Positions 29,079 through 43,480 are shown, counted from the first letter of the stretch. The stretch: DNA of 64,000 nt from Kondoa subrosea (GCA_039545335.1 BCIN01000009.1:372001-436000), one strand, 5' to 3'. The notes: generated from the letters alone by a model not told the origin. Translations and numbers: made by a program.

Positions 29079-32000
29079 ATGGATGGCGACGCACCTGCGG
29101 AAGAGAATTTCGATCTGCTGAGTATCGAAGACAGGCTCGCGCATAAGGTCAGCTCTACTTGTACACAAAAAGTAAACATGGATGATGCTCATGACTTCCT
29201 GCACCTCTTCTCTCTTCTTGCTTTCACTCTACTCTGTCCTACTCTACTTCTATCATCTTAGAGTTGGAAAGCGCGTGTATCTGGATATGAAGCTTTAATC
29301 AAAGTATTCAAGACAACAGCAGATGAAGATGACCCAGCTTTCAGACCTTACCTATCCAATCCCGACTTACTCAAGAAAGCAGCTCTAGATTCAAATGCTG
29401 TAGCTCAAGAGAAGGCAGTCGAATGTCTATGTCAATTTGTGCAATGGGCAGGCAAACCTGCTTCAAGGACAGCGGAAACGGTCATGCCTGCTATAGTGGA
29501 GAAATGTCTGGGTAGTACAAGAGCTGGAACGAAAAATAAAGCTATTGAACTCTGTTTATTGTACACGGAAGTTGAAGATTCAGGCGAAACGGTAGTCGTA
29601 CGTATATAATCTTTGGTCTTGGACGGATTCTGACAACAGAGCATATAGAACGCTGTTCTAGAAGGTCTGAAAGTCAAGCAACCAAAGACAGTAGCAGGCG
29701 CAGTGTCAGCAATAAAAGAACTTATCTCCAATTTCGGTCCCAAAATCGTTAACCCAAAGCCTATAGTCAAACAAATCCCAGTCATCTTTGGTCATACGGA
29801 TAAAACAGTACGAGCAGAAGGTGTTTTGCTAGTTCAAGCTCTTTATCGCTATATCGGTCCCGCTATTGAAACCCATTTGAGCGAATTGAAGCCTGTTCAA
29901 ATCAAAGAACTCAATGAAGGTTTCGCTGAACTTGATGCTAAAGGCGAAGGAAAGGGCAAAGGTGTACAAACGAGGTTCACGAGAAGCCAGCAAAGGGAAC
30001 AAACAGTTAAGGAAGCTGAAGGAACTTTATCTGGTTCTGCCGAGAACGTCGAAGCAGGAGACGATCAAGGAGAAGCTGAAGAATTTGATGCTCTGGACCT
30101 GGCTGAACCTGTTGATGTGCTCTCGAAAATACCTTTCGGGTTTTATGAACATATCACTTCGAGTAAATGGAAAGAACGAAAAGAAGAAGCTCTAGATCCT
30201 CTGTTTGCTGTAGTCAATGTATCCAAGATCATCGATGGCAACTTTGATGAACTTATCAGGGTTCTTGCTGGTCGAATGGCGGATGCCAATATCGCTTGTG
30301 TTATTAGCGCCGCCAATTGTATTGAAGCTCTCGCGAAAGGTCTCCGAGAAAATTTTGGCAAGCATAAAGCTGTTGTCGTCTCGCCTATACTGGAGAAACT
30401 CAAGGAGAAGAAACAAAGTGTAGTAGATGCTTTGGGTGCGGCATTAGATGCGGTGTTCCTAACGGTCAGCTCCAGACGATCTTACATGAGTCTTTGGCTC
30501 ATGTCTGGATTCGAATGGTGCTTCAGGTCAAATTAGAAGATATTGTCGAAGAAGTAACTACCTTTTCCAAGCACAAAAATCCTGCTGTGAAGACTGAGAC
30601 TCAGAAATGGCTCGTTCGCTGTCTATCTTCAAGCAAAATCCCACCAACGGCAGCAGACACCAAAGCACTCTCCGCCTGTTCCCTTACTGCCCTTGAAGAT
30701 AGTTTTGAACCGGTCAGAGTTGCTGCACAAGAAGCTCTAGGAACTCTCATGAAGATTGTTGGAGAGAGACCTTTGAATGCACAAATGGAAAGCTTGGACG
30801 ATATCAAGAAAGCTAAAGTCAAGGAATTCTTCGAGAAAGCTCAGGTCAAATGCAAAGCTGGAGCAGCGAAAAAATCTCCTCCTGCAGCGGTTGCAAAAGC
30901 TGAACCACCGAAAGCTAAAGCACCCATCAAAGTGAGAGCCACGGTTATACAACCAAGAATTCGCTGACGTACTTTATAACAGAAAATTATCGCGGAAGAT
31001 AAAGAGAATCAGTCACCATCCTCTCGTCCAGCTTCGCCAGCTAAACCTCCGGCCAGAGTAGCTCCTAAAGCATTAGTAAGTAGAAATTTGCTTCTATTAT
31101 CGTAGATGCTGATGAGTGTTCAGGCCAAACAACCAGCATCGGCAGCTCCTGCCGCGAAGAAAGCTCCAATAGCTGGACCATCCTCATCCAAGCCACCACC
31201 AAAGTCAGCAGCGTCAGCTTCGGAACCCCCCAAATATCGCTTCAATCAGGAAGAAGCTGAAGCTCAAGTCGAAGGAGTCTTGCCAGCTGAAATCTTTAGT
31301 GATCTGGGCAACTCGAATTGGAAAGCTAGATTAGCCGCTGTCGAAGCTCTGCAGGTCTGGCTAGAAGGCGGAGAAATCGAGACTGTTGAGCCTGAGTTAA
31401 TCATTCGTTGCTTTGCGAAAAAGCCGGGTTGGAAAGAGAGCAACTTTCAGGTGAGCTCTATCTAATGCATGCTATCTCACGCGTCTCGAACAAGCTTTCC
31501 AGGTGTTTGGCAAAGTCTTTGGTATCGCTCAGCTGTTAGCAGAAAAGTCCCCTTCGTGGTCAAAAGGCTGCGCTGCTCTAATCATTCCTCCTGCAAGCGA
31601 CAAGATCGGTGATATCAAGCTCAAGAAGCCTGCTGGAGATATGATGCTTGCATTTGCGGAAACTTCCTCTCTACAATTTGTTCTCAGCCAAGGTAGATCA
31701 GATAGTCTGTCTCTCGTGCTGGAATTAATCAATTCTTCCACAGCCTACGAGCCTATGACAAAGCAGAAAGCACCCAAAGCCCAAGCTGAAGGTTACGCTT
31801 GGGTTGAACAAGCCCTGCCAGACTTTGGCATAGCAGGTCTAGCCATTCGTGACTTGATCGAATTCCTGAAAGTTGGTCTCAAGAGTTCCAATGCTGCAGT
31901 GCGAACAGCGGCAACCAAATGTCTTGTCACCCTAAAGATTTTTGTCGGAGCTAGTATGTCTTTGCAATTTCTGGTGCGGACCCAGACTGAAGCTGTTCTG

Positions 32001-35000
32001 TAGACATCAAGGACTTCCTGCAAGATCTGAATCCTACTCTACTCACTACTATTGAATCTGAATTCGATCGAGTTAATGGCGAAACTGCACCTGAAGCGAC
32101 CCGTGTATCCGCGGATTTAGCAGCAGCGGCATCGTCAAGTGGCTCTGGAAAGGGCAAGAAAGCCGCAGATCCGGCTGATGAGCTCTTTCCACGTGTGGAA
32201 CTCGACAAACTCCTACCTAATGGTTTAGTATCCTCCTGCAATGATGCCAACTGGAAGGCTCGAAAAGAAGCTATGGAACAACTGCAGGGTATATTGGAAG
32301 CGAACAAGAGGTTGAAGCCTTCCTTGGGTAAGTGACTATTCTTGCCCAAGTTCTGTATCTGATCGAAAATTGTAGGTGGTGATCTGGTTGCAGCTATCAA
32401 GCTTCGCCTCGCCGATAGCAACAAAGTTGTGCAAGGTCTAGCTCTGGATATTGTTGCTCGTTTGGCTTCTGGCATGAACAAGCCTTTCGAAAGATACGCT
32501 CGCATATTAGCGGGACCTGTTGCAGCTGTTCTCGCGGATCAGAAAGCTAGCGCAAGAGCAGCTGGAATCACCACCTTAAGCGCTATGGCAGACGCGTGCG
32601 AAGTCGGACCTCTCATTGACAGTATGGCCACAAGTCTAGAAGCACCCAATCCTGCTTTACGTAAAGAGCTGCTTGTATGGCTCGAAGGTCGACTTGCAGA
32701 TACTACAAAAGGTCTTGATTTGGCTCCCATGGCTGTACCAGTGCTGGCTTGTATCGAAGATCGCAATGCGGAAGTCAGAAAGAGCGCTCAAGCCATTCTT
32801 CCGCTGATCGTTGCAAATGCTGGATTCGATTTCGTTATGGATCAGACGCACTCTCTGAAGCCAGCCTCTCGCAGTACTGTTATTCCAATCATTGAAGCTG
32901 CTCGAAGTTCGGCACCATCTAAGACAGCAAAAACTCCCAAGTCTGCAACGGAAGCAGCAACAATTGCTCCAGCACCAGCTCGTGCGACCGCTGCTCTTGC
33001 AAGACCCCAATCGGCTGCTGCCAAAACCCTCAAAAGCTCAGCATCGGTCATCCGCTCGGAAAGTCCAGCAGAACAAGAACAAGCACCTCCCTCGCCGCAA
33101 CGCCAAACGAAATCTGGTCTCAAGAGACCTCTTGCTAGCACATCGAGAGCACCTGTTGCTGCTGCTCCATCGCCTCCAACTGCTGATGCACCTTTGAAAG
33201 GTAGTGATGCGAAGCACAAGTCTTCCCGCGCAGCAAAAGAAGTCGGTCCGTTACGATGGGTGGTTGAAACAACACCAAGAGCAGATCAGATCGAGACTCT
33301 GCATCAGCAAATGGCAAGTCATGTCAGTTCTGAGCTACTTTCGCAACTCTTCAGCAAAGATCACCACTGCGAACGAGATTTTTTGGCTGGTCTCTCTACA
33401 CTAGACGATTGTCTGACTGATCGAAATCGCTGTCAAACATTTGGTTTGGAATGGGCTGACATGAAGATGCGATTTGTGAATAACCTCGACCTCATCCTGA
33501 AATACCTTACAATACGCTTCTGCGACACTTCCACTACTTCAGTCATGAAATGTCTAGATCTCACAGAACATCTTATCTCCCTTCTGACAGAAGAAGCCTA
33601 TTTCTTATCTGACTACGAAGCTATCTCCTTTTTGCCCTCTCTGGTGGTCAAGGTAAGTACTAATATTGTCCTATCTATCAGGCCTCATGAATCTCTGCAG
33701 GCTGGAGATCAGAAAGATACCATTAGATTGCGGGTCCGAGCTATCTTCCGCTCGGTCTGTAGCATCTATCCTGCGAGCAAGATCTTCTCGACAATCATGG
33801 ACAACGGACTGAAGGCTAAGAATGCACGGGTCCGTACAGAAAGTATCGACGAACTTGGAAGCTTAATTCAACGACACGGCATGACTGTATGTCAACCGAA
33901 CAGAGCCTTACCGGTGATGGCATCTCTCATCTCGGATCGTGATGCTGCTGTGCGTACTGCAACTTTGAATGCTCTGGCCACAGTATATACGGCGATCGGT
34001 GATGTTTTGTACAAGCACATCGGAACTCTTTCTGATAAAGATCGTTCCTTCTTGGATGAAAAGCTGAAGCGGACTCCTGCTGGAATTGCCGCTGCTTCGA
34101 CACCAGCGAAATCCAGCCCCGTCGAAAGCACCGCACCTGCAAGACCTGCAAGCACTACCCGTATAGGGATAGGCAAACCATCTGGCGTATCTCGCCTGTC
34201 ATTGTCAACAGCTCGCCGGATACCCTCGTCAAATAGTCTCAGGCAACCTTCCAGCAGACCTGTGCCGGCGGAAATTGAATCTCAATCAGATGAGCAATCG
34301 CCTTTCCTTGATAATCACAATCCTCCGTCAAGCGCTGCCTCATCACAATTCAATGGCACATCTCATGCGCGGGAAATGCAGATCGACGAAATCACAAGCA
34401 GCAATCCAGCTATCAGCGTCGATGCGCTCAAGCAGATCCAGCGGGAGATGGATAAACTTCCGGCAGAGCTGATTCCATGTATTGACCAAGTTATCGAAGC
34501 GATCAGTCTTCAGATGCGTCTCGGCTTCGAAGGTCTTGGTTCGGGAACTACTCCATCCACTCTTCGACTTTGCAAGCATCTCATGCAAACTCTCACTACC
34601 CTTTTTGATAATGTCACTCTCAGCAGAGCGGTCTCTAGGTCAACCTTAGAACTGCTGTTAGCTGAATTGACAAGACGGCTGCTGGAAACGGCTGAGCATC
34701 CTACTAACGAAGCTATCTCTAGCCTGCATAAGGTGAGTTCTCAAAGCGTCGCCGAACAAAGTTGATGACTAACTACTTTCAAGGTGCTGAATATGATATT
34801 GATACGGATCTTCCACAATGCAGACCGAACCGCCTGCTTCGGGTCAGTCTACGCTACTTAATCCTGGCATATGGCTTACGTTGCACTGTAGTGGTCTCTT
34901 CGCCGTTCTGCGGAGTGCTACGATAGATTTGCGAGAACTAGATCAGTATGAACTTGCCGATCGGTCAAAGTATGCAGAGCTTGTCATGAAAGTGAGGCTT

Positions 35001-36037
35001 CGCGATCGTAAGAAGACTGTTCCTGGCCTGATCGCGATGATGCATAGTGCCTTTGGAAAGTGTCGAAGACGGCTAAAGAAGCGCTTGAAGATGGATCCTT
35101 AGATCTCGCTCAGATTCTTCACGATGTCGATGATTTCCTGAACAATATATCTCCGGCCGAATGGAGAAGAAGAGCAAGTGACAATATCGCCTTAGGTGAT
35201 ATGCCATTAAGAACAGTCAAGACCATCTTGCAACAAGTTGTGTCTGTCTTTGGAGAAGGTGTACTTGACGATCTGGATCGAATGGGTTTACCAGAAGGTA
35301 GTTTTGTAGTCGCTTATCTTCAACGATTGGTCAACAATTCACGTGGACCATCTGAAACGACAAGTCGAGCAGCAGACATGGACCGGACAGCCAGTCAACT
35401 TTCTTTACCTCCACCTCGATCTTCTGCTACCTCCAGAACAAGCAGTCCAAGGTTGGAGCCTGCTGCTGAGCTTCAAGCGACTCCGGGTCGAAGCAATAAT
35501 TCAGATGAAATTGAGGTAAATCAGAGGTTGAAGGTCATTTTCGAAGTCATAGGACAGCCAGAGACTTCCAAGCAGGTGCGTTCAGCCTGGTTAATTGCAT
35601 CCTATTGTACTTGACGCTCAGCTTTTAGGGCATACACGATCTGTACGAATTCCAAAAAGCTAATCCTCAAGCGGAGGCTCGAATTCGCACATGGATTGAT
35701 GCAAGCAAGTTCTTGCTGAATTTGCGTCTTTTGCGTAATACTAATGAGCATACCAGCTGGCAAGCATTTCAAATCATATCTGGAAAGAGCAATGTCAAAT
35801 ATCAGGCAGGAAGATGCAGACGCAGCATCTCCTTCTGCCTCGCCAAGTGCTTCACCTACAACAGTGAATACTAATACAAAACCATCTCTTTACTCTCCCG
35901 CACCAGCACCTATCCGACCTAATAATAAAGCGCGAGTAGCTTCTCAAGAAGCCACAAGTGAAAGCCTGGCGAAGTTACATTCACTCTTTGGATTCGCTCA
36001 ACAGCAAGCAGGATCAAATCGTACTAATGGAATGTAA
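29079..36037 (+). CDS. XMAP215/ch-TOG (Stu2/Alp14/Dis1) microtubule polymerase with multiple TOG domains
   Basis: Repeated TOG HEAT-A motifs SWKAR, KWKERKE, NWKARLA, NWKARKE; KESNFQV; GDMPLRTVKT. Confidence 0.93.
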
Positions 36038-36137
36038 AAGGAGGAGAGTGTATGCCAATCTTGTTTTCATGTAGATAGCTTTCACCTTGGAGTTCATAAT
36101 AAATGTGTTTGACGCGTTTTGACCTGCATCCATCATT

Positions 36138-37068
36138 ATGTCGAGCGAAAGCGTTCCTCAACCTGCCGTTAGCGCAGAGGCTCCTCAAGCTTCTGCTGTA
36201 GCTGCCACTGCACCGATCACTGCACCTGCTCCAATTCCAGTTGTGCCAGTCGTACCTAAAAGCAATGCACCTCCCATCCTCAGAAATTGCGAGGCATTGG
36301 TCAGGGACAAGCGATGGAATGACTTGAATGGTTACGCATGCGATACAGACAAAGCTGTGGGTACTCTATGCTTTCAGACTCCAAGTCACTACTTTGAAGC
36401 TGAAGTCGACCGCAGCACCCTGTCTCTTCAGTCAATGGTCCTTCTCTAGTCATCATCTCTGCTCTATCTTTCCTCTTACTAAGTCAACCAGAACAAGCTG
36501 CTTCCTACTCTCAGCGTTATCCCAAACACCACCTAGTACAAGCAATCACTTCTTTAGCCAATCTTCAAGAAACCTGTTCCTACACTCAATCTTTCAAACG
36601 TCTAGATGAAATCGATTCCTTGCTACAAACAGCAACTCAAACTAAACCTGTTGCAGAACAAGCTTTAACTTTAGTAGATACTGGTGAAGATACTTTGGCC
36701 ATTATCAATTTCTTAGGTCGTTTGGTTTTAGATTATAGAGAATATTTGCAAAGATTGGTTCTGAGTCAAATTACTCATGTTTATGAATCTTTACCTTATA
36801 CCAAACTGAATGAAATGTTGGGTAATGTGAACAAAGGGTTTCCTACAGAAGAGGAATTGGTCAAAGCTGGTTGGAGGATTCAAGATGGGTTGGTTTATCC
36901 TAAGAAAGCTCAAGCGATGCAGTATCACAAGGATATGAGTCAGAATGCGGATTTGATGAGACTGGATAACCTTATTGCTCAGGTGAGTCTGGCTCTTCGT
37001 CTTAGTTAGATCTATCATTTGATTGAATTCGTTCTCAGGCTGGATACCTTGAAAACGACATGATCTAG
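36138..37068 (+). CDS. CSN8/PSMD8/eIF3k-like PCI protein (probable COP9 signalosome subunit 8)
   Basis: 'YREYLQRLVLSQITHVYESL..KLNEMLG..AGWRIQDGLVYP..LDNLIAQAGYLE' fits the family's C-terminus. Confidence 0.55.
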
Positions 37069-37154
37069 AAGAAAGACATGATCTAACAAGAATGACAAGG
37101 GGGAAATCGATTGTATTATAGTTCCATGCATTTCATTTTTAGCATTCTTCAGCC

Positions 37155-37883
37155 CTATACAGGTGATTCTCTTCGCGATCCAACAATCCGGTCCGTTATC
37201 TATAAATCTGACTAGATTAGTTTTCTGCCAATATTCATGGATATGAAAGATTGACTCACCCCTCTTACATATGGTAAACTCAGAAATGTACCAATTATAG
37301 GCATTTGTCGTAAGAAAGTCAATATTACAGGGAAGAAGTCGCTGTGAAGGTAAGCAACCAAGCTAGTGAGAAGATCCTACTTGAGCCTGATTCTCCACTC
37401 ACCCAAAGAGATTCAAGAATCCAAACGCCTCAACAAGCATCCCGATGAATGGATACCGCGCAAACACCAGTGCTATCCCACCCAAGAAACAGATTGATCC
37501 TCTCAGTTTGTTTTTTCTCGCAAAGAAGTAGAAAGTCTGTAAGAATATATCGCAACTGTAGTGAGAAGGGAAATCACTAGCTTTTATTACGAAATGATTC
37601 CTTACTTTTTGAGGCCCTATCACGCATGTTATCCCCGCTAAGAATAATATCTGTACATACTTGCATCAGCCTGATACATATTAATGAATAGAGAAAGAAA
37701 GGTACGTCGCCTAACGCCAATAGGGCAGCATCAAAGAACATGATTATCCCAAGAAAGAGGAAAAGCATTCCAAAGGAAGTGATGCCCACGCCAATCTCTG
37801 TGAGTGATACGACAAGCTGGTATCAGAGCTTGTCTGATGAATCCAACCTGTCCCTTCTCACTTTGTAGATCTGATAACCACAT
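37155..37883 (-). CDS. GOT1: Golgi transport protein Got1
   Basis: MWLSDLQK|IGVGITSFG..MFFDAALLALGD; FGFLNLFG|DFFP..FLRQMPIIG. Confidence 0.9.
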
Positions 37884-38119
37884 CGTGTGAAATTATTCGT
37901 TTCGCGTGTTTCGGTCCAAGAGGGTTAAGGCGCTAGAGCTAGCTGGACTGACGTTTGCTATAACAGAGCAGCAACGACGAGAGATGAAATAGACAGCGCG
38001 AATCACGTAATGGACGTTAGAAGTTAGACTCGAGCAGTCGAAATCCATATGATGGACAAGATTCAAGTAAGGTACTGATGCGATGGCAGCAATGCGAGCA
38101 TTATAGTAGTACATCCCTG

Positions 38120-40334
38120 CTATATGTACAATCCGTGTGAAAAGAACGCGAAAACCTGCTCTGCAGGACCCGTCTTCCAACTGGTACATGAAACCCCACA
38201 ATCTGGCATATCCTATACGAGACTGCATACGAGGTTGAGAAATTTGAAGAGCTCCTCACAGACCGCTTGCGATGAATTCGCTAGGAAAACCAGGTTTAGT
38301 CAAAGAATTCAAAAGTAGGATTATAGGTAAGACAAACCTGGCGACTTTCTCATAGTTCTCCATAGTGTGCTTGGATTCGTCATGATCCATCAACCAAGGA
38401 TCGTGCTTCAGTCTAATCGATTCCGGATCACTTCATATTCAAGATGAAGAGAATCGACGATGAGAATCGGCAAATAGCTAGCTAGTCGAATGACTTACAA
38501 GTCTTCTGCATCGATATCCGTCTTGTGCCACATTTCTAGATCAAATAGTGAGCATTGCTTTTGACCCGCGGCAGCATTGTCCAACCTCTGTTAGAGACAC
38601 CCAACTGCAAACTGAAGTCAGCTCGATGCGTTAAAGCCATCCGGGACGGGACATCTCACCTGCTGAGCCTTCCTCACTCGCTCATATCGCAGTCGCTGGT
38701 AAGTATTTGTTGCTACTCGAGTAGAATGACCATGCTTCTTCGCCAATGTCAGGCATCGAGCCAGACAAGCTCCATCTTCCACTGCTTGCGAAGCGCCTTG
38801 TTGACTCGTGGGAATAAATGGGTGTGCAGCATCCCCAAGTAGACAGATATTGCCTTTCGCCGAACACCAGCTTGGATAGGCCTGAATTTTGGATTAGAGA
38901 CTTAGGCGATCTGTACAGCACAGGACTCACGTCTCGGTAGACTAGCTTCCAATCAAACAGCTTGCAAACAAAATTCAGATCGCGTGTAAGCAAGTTAAAA
39001 GAGATACACTAACACGATCCGCTGGAGTGCATCGAATAACTTCCTTCACTACCTCATCCCAGTCTTTCACTACTTCTAGGGCATCTTCGATTTTTCCAGC
39101 TATAGGAATATTAGCTTTATTGGAAACAACGAGGAACTAGCTTACGTAATGACCAAGACTCTTCAATACCCTTCTCATCCTTATGTGTCATGACCTGTCA
39201 CAGAGTTTAGCGGTTTCCGATGATGTCTTGGAATATTGCTCACCCAATTGAAATCACGAGTGCCTGGATTGCTGTTAGATACTTGAGTCGTGAAAAGGGT
39301 GATCAGCTCACCTTTCAAAGTAGTGCAGATGAAGTGGATATCAGGTCCGATATATAAAGTGCGCCTGCAAGTGCATCAGCCGGATTCCCGTGAGTGCAAC
39401 ACACAACTCACTTATCGTTTCCGTCGTCCTTGACGAGATGCCCGCAAATTGGGTTGCCCTTAATGTGAGACGCATCGAAGTATGCTCTGTAGATTGCATA
39501 GCCCGAGCTGAAGCAGAACTTAGCAGCTGTTTGGCTTTAAGATGGTCGAACCTACTGTCTGGGCAGATCTTCGTATCCAAGAACTGATTTCTTAGCCCTC
39601 GAGTTAAACCCTACCCATTCGATAGATTCAGAATACTTGAGCTCGATAATTCGCTGAACATACCATCTGAAGCTACTACAATATCCGCTTCGTATCTTGT
39701 GCCATCTGGCGTAATGATTGTAGCCCCGTTGTCAGTCTCTTCGTATTGCTGGATTCTATTGCCTAAGTGGATCTTGCACCCAAGAGCTTCTGCGGTTGCT
39801 ACCATAACTTCGTGCAAGCCTGATCTGGTTGTATCGTATAGCGGTGATTCTTTTGGAAACTTGAAGCCTTTAGGTGGGAATTGCTCGAGCAAAACTTTAC
39901 CATCGCGATAACGATGTGTAGCGAAGCCCATAGCATCTATTCAGGACGATCAGACTGAATTGACCCTGTCAACCTCATCGACTGACTTCCGCAATGCTTT
40001 CTCAGCGCTGGATCGATGCCCCATCTATAGACCAAGCGCGACGAATTAGCAACTAATTGGAAAATTCAGTCAATGAACCGATGCTGCTAAGCTATCAGAA
40101 AAGCTTACAGAGACCAATACTATCGCCATGTTCTCTCCAAGCTGAGACGCTATCGAACAGAACGCAAGTATGTCCTTGCAAGCGACTTTCAATGGCAAGT
40201 GCAAGGCCTCCAATTCCAGCTCCTGCGATTGCAAGCTTGATGCCAGTATCAGGTGCAGGAGTAGGCAGAGTACAGCCTTCCAGTATAGCAGATCTTGCTT
40301 CTGAGTTATTGAGGATACTGGGGTCGGCAGACAT
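38120..40334 (-). CDS. FAD-dependent monooxygenase (salicylate hydroxylase/MAK1-like); 3' end approximate
   Basis: IAGAGIGGL; IVVASDG; SGYAIYRA; DWKLVYRD; LLGDAAHPFIPTSQQGASQAVEDG. Confidence 0.88.
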
Positions 40335-40673
40335 CTTGATATGTGATATGATAGTAGAGGAAAGAGAGCAGAGAGACGAGGAGACCCTTTAACGATACCG
40401 GGGCCCAAGAAACTCGGAAGCGGGCCTTCCAGTTGATTGATTTGGGCGGATAAAGTAAAATTCCTGCCGAACGACGCGAAGTAGCTGAAGAAGCGCGTCG
40501 GCATTGTTCAGTGTACGCCTGAGCAATCCCAGGCGCAATTGATACAGTCGACATGAAGCTGGAAGCAACAAACGCGCAAATTTGAGCCTACATGAAAAAT
40601 GCCTTAAATTAGTGCTACTATGCCTATGCGAACAATATACAACAACACACATATATGCGGAACGACTGCACTC

Positions 40674-42743
40674 CTATACTCTTTTCGGACCTCCAATCCG
40701 ATCTCGTTGCCAGTAAGTGAGACCAAGAACCCTAGTACAGAAAGATTAGCTTTGTCAAATTAAGACACTCGACACCTTACAGTGCTACTGTTCCCACAGA
40801 TCCTATGACAGCAACAATGATCGTGTTCGTTCGACTTAGTCCTCCAGGACCTCTTTCTGTACGATCGCGAGGAGGTTTGCGTCTTTTTGTGGTTTGGGCA
40901 TTGGGATCGAGAGTCGCGTAGAACGGAGGTTGAGAGGAAGTCAGACACTTGTAAGCCGCGATACCAACCAGTGGCGCGTTGTCTGGTAGATGAATGAGTT
41001 TGAGCTCTGCGAAAGTTAGCGGAAGATCGTGGCTCACAGTCAAGAGCGATTTCAGATTGAATGTAATCTGAGGTCAGATCGTAGTAATAGCCATCTTCGT
41101 CCGCTATGGTAGTGAAGAAGCATAGACATGAGCAAAAGTTGTTGCGATTGGCAGGTATTTCTCGACTTACGTCCGCCCACTACAGCGCCATACAAAACGC
41201 GATCGAAAGTAGAGTTCTTATCAATATTGGCAAATCCGATGGTCCCAGCAGCGAGTGATGAGCTAATACTTCCATCAGCAAGGTTTACACCATCTCCCAA
41301 ACAACGTACTGGGGATTTTGAGGTGATGATGGATGTACGCCTACCACGTAAGGTATATTCATTGTGTTGTTACCCAAAGCATAATCAAGCTGTCGATCAG
41401 CGAAAGCCATTCGTGTTGCATTGTTGTCCCCATTCTGATATACTAGAAGAGCGAGATTCCTAGTCTCATGTCTTAGTACTTTTTTTAGATCAGCGGAGAA
41501 GAAGCAGACTTACAGAGCTGGATTGAGGGTTGCCGCCGGTGAATCATATTCGTAGTACAATAATCCATCCTTCGTCAAGCGAACATCACTATTTGAATTT
41601 CGCTTGGTGCTGACAACCTTATCCAAATAGCGATTGATTTCAGCTTTCCATTGAGGCTGATCAGGTAAGATTTGGGAAAGGAGTAAAGGTAAAGCAGGTG
41701 TTTGCGAAGCCCAAGTGTAGACTGAACCCCGAGCTAGAGTGACTGAATTGTACGTTGAAATGGCTTCGTCTAGATAAGGTGAAGAAGTAGAATTCCTGCC
41801 TGCTGTTGCTAAATGAAGCCAAATTGCTGCCCATACCAAATCGTCGTTGTAATCTCTATCTGCGTAGGCTTTTCCAGGTCCCGGTAATGTTTTCGCATAC
41901 AGCGCTTTGGTAGAATTTTGTGCCAGGTTGTACATCGATACAGCATAGCTGAGTAGAGTTGAAGAATAGCCTGTATCTTGTAATGAAGTTGATGTCCAGC
42001 TCGTATTGTGGAACGAGGTTTGATTGCCGCTGTAGAGTAAAGCAGCGCTCGCGAAACTTGCGCTAGCAGCACACAAGGCGTCTGTTCCTGGATGACTTGC
42101 GTTGATGGCATACGACCGCCTGTGATCTGTAGGTATATCCAGATCTGTTCCCCAATAGGCGTTATCCGAATCCGTGTCGCCAACGTATACATATAATGCC
42201 GGTTCAGGCGAAGTTGGATAACCATTCATCATCCAATCTAATCCAGCACGAAGCGTTCTACAATCATCATTGATATCAAACGTTCCGCTGACTTGGAAGC
42301 AAGTGCACGCACGAATCCAAGTACGGAGCTTGACCTGCCTGTTCGAAGCCTTGGCCAAAATTGATTCCAGCCCAAGCGAGATTGGTCAGAGTGAAAGATA
42401 AAGGATAGGAAGCCTTGATAAAATTCCCTGCATCAAAGTAGCCTCCTGATAAATTTCGGCCAACATCACTCCCATCTTGAAGCACTGAATCGTTCCTCCA
42501 TGGTACTCGTAGCTTTTCGATATCTGATAAATGCCCAGCTCTTTGCGCATCATAGAACCAGAGGGAATTGCCAAGCAAAGTTTGGTAGAGTGGGTTTGGT
42601 ATCTGATCTGACACATTGGGTGAGAAGCCAGAGCTAGCAGGCGGCGGTAGCCAGACATCCGATGCATTGATGGGCAATTGTGCAGAACCGCATGAGATCA
42701 AAGCGAAAGCCAGCAACGCGCTTGAAAGTAGCTGATCCCGCAT
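40674..42743 (-). CDS. Glycoside hydrolase family 9 protein with signal peptide and C-terminal TM helix
   Basis: WFYDAQRAG; PWRNDS..DG..LSGGYFDAGN; DDLVWAAIWL; DYALGNN; GAVVGGP; SEIALDYNAP. Confidence 0.9.
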
Positions 42744-43480
42744 TGCCTTTTTACTGCAAGCAGGTATAGTAGAGTGCGAGGGTATATAGCAAGTGATCGT
42801 TGAAGAAATAGAAGCCCGGACGTCGTTCAGACAATACGAAAATAAACAAAGTGGATACTCGTTGCAAAGGCATGCAGTCTATACAAAGATGTCACTATAG
42901 CCCTACTGTCGACCATGCAGCTTACCAGGTACAATTGGAGAATTAAGCGAGAATTCCACAAAACCCAAAGATAGATCTCTCGCTACAAGCATTTTGTTCT
43001 CTGGTTAGCAAGAGAGCGGCCAGCATGTCAGACTATCCATCCATAACACAGAGTCCGCGTGTAGCCACGAAAAGAAAAAGCGGGGAAACATTCTTGAAAT
43101 TTTGCACCTTCAACCTTCACGACGCCTACTACCCGGGGCAAATCCATTCAGAGCAGCAGAAATGGGCAACAGAGCAAGATAGAGCACCTCTGGTATCCCC
43201 CTTTGCTGAATATACGGTGACCGATCGATGACAACCTGGCAATGCGCTTTCAAGTTTCAACCTGCTAGTCCACAACCTCCGCTGATACGGGCCTCTCTAT
43301 GAGTTGGTACAAGATACGCCATTACAAGCGGGAGAAGCAACTCGGCACACTTCGCATCGCATAATGACTGGAACCTATTTATAACTGGTTTTGTTTTCCG
43401 ACTCTGGCCAGACATTGTTTCCCCCACCTTTCGTCCTGAAGAGCGATACGGTTGTAATCTAAAAGCCATTGTCCCAAATC

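Noticed and set aside
40464..40503. Imperfect inverted repeat (TGCCGA..CGACGCG / CGCGTCGGCA) upstream of the monooxygenase
   Set aside because: Short and imperfect; cannot be told apart from chance
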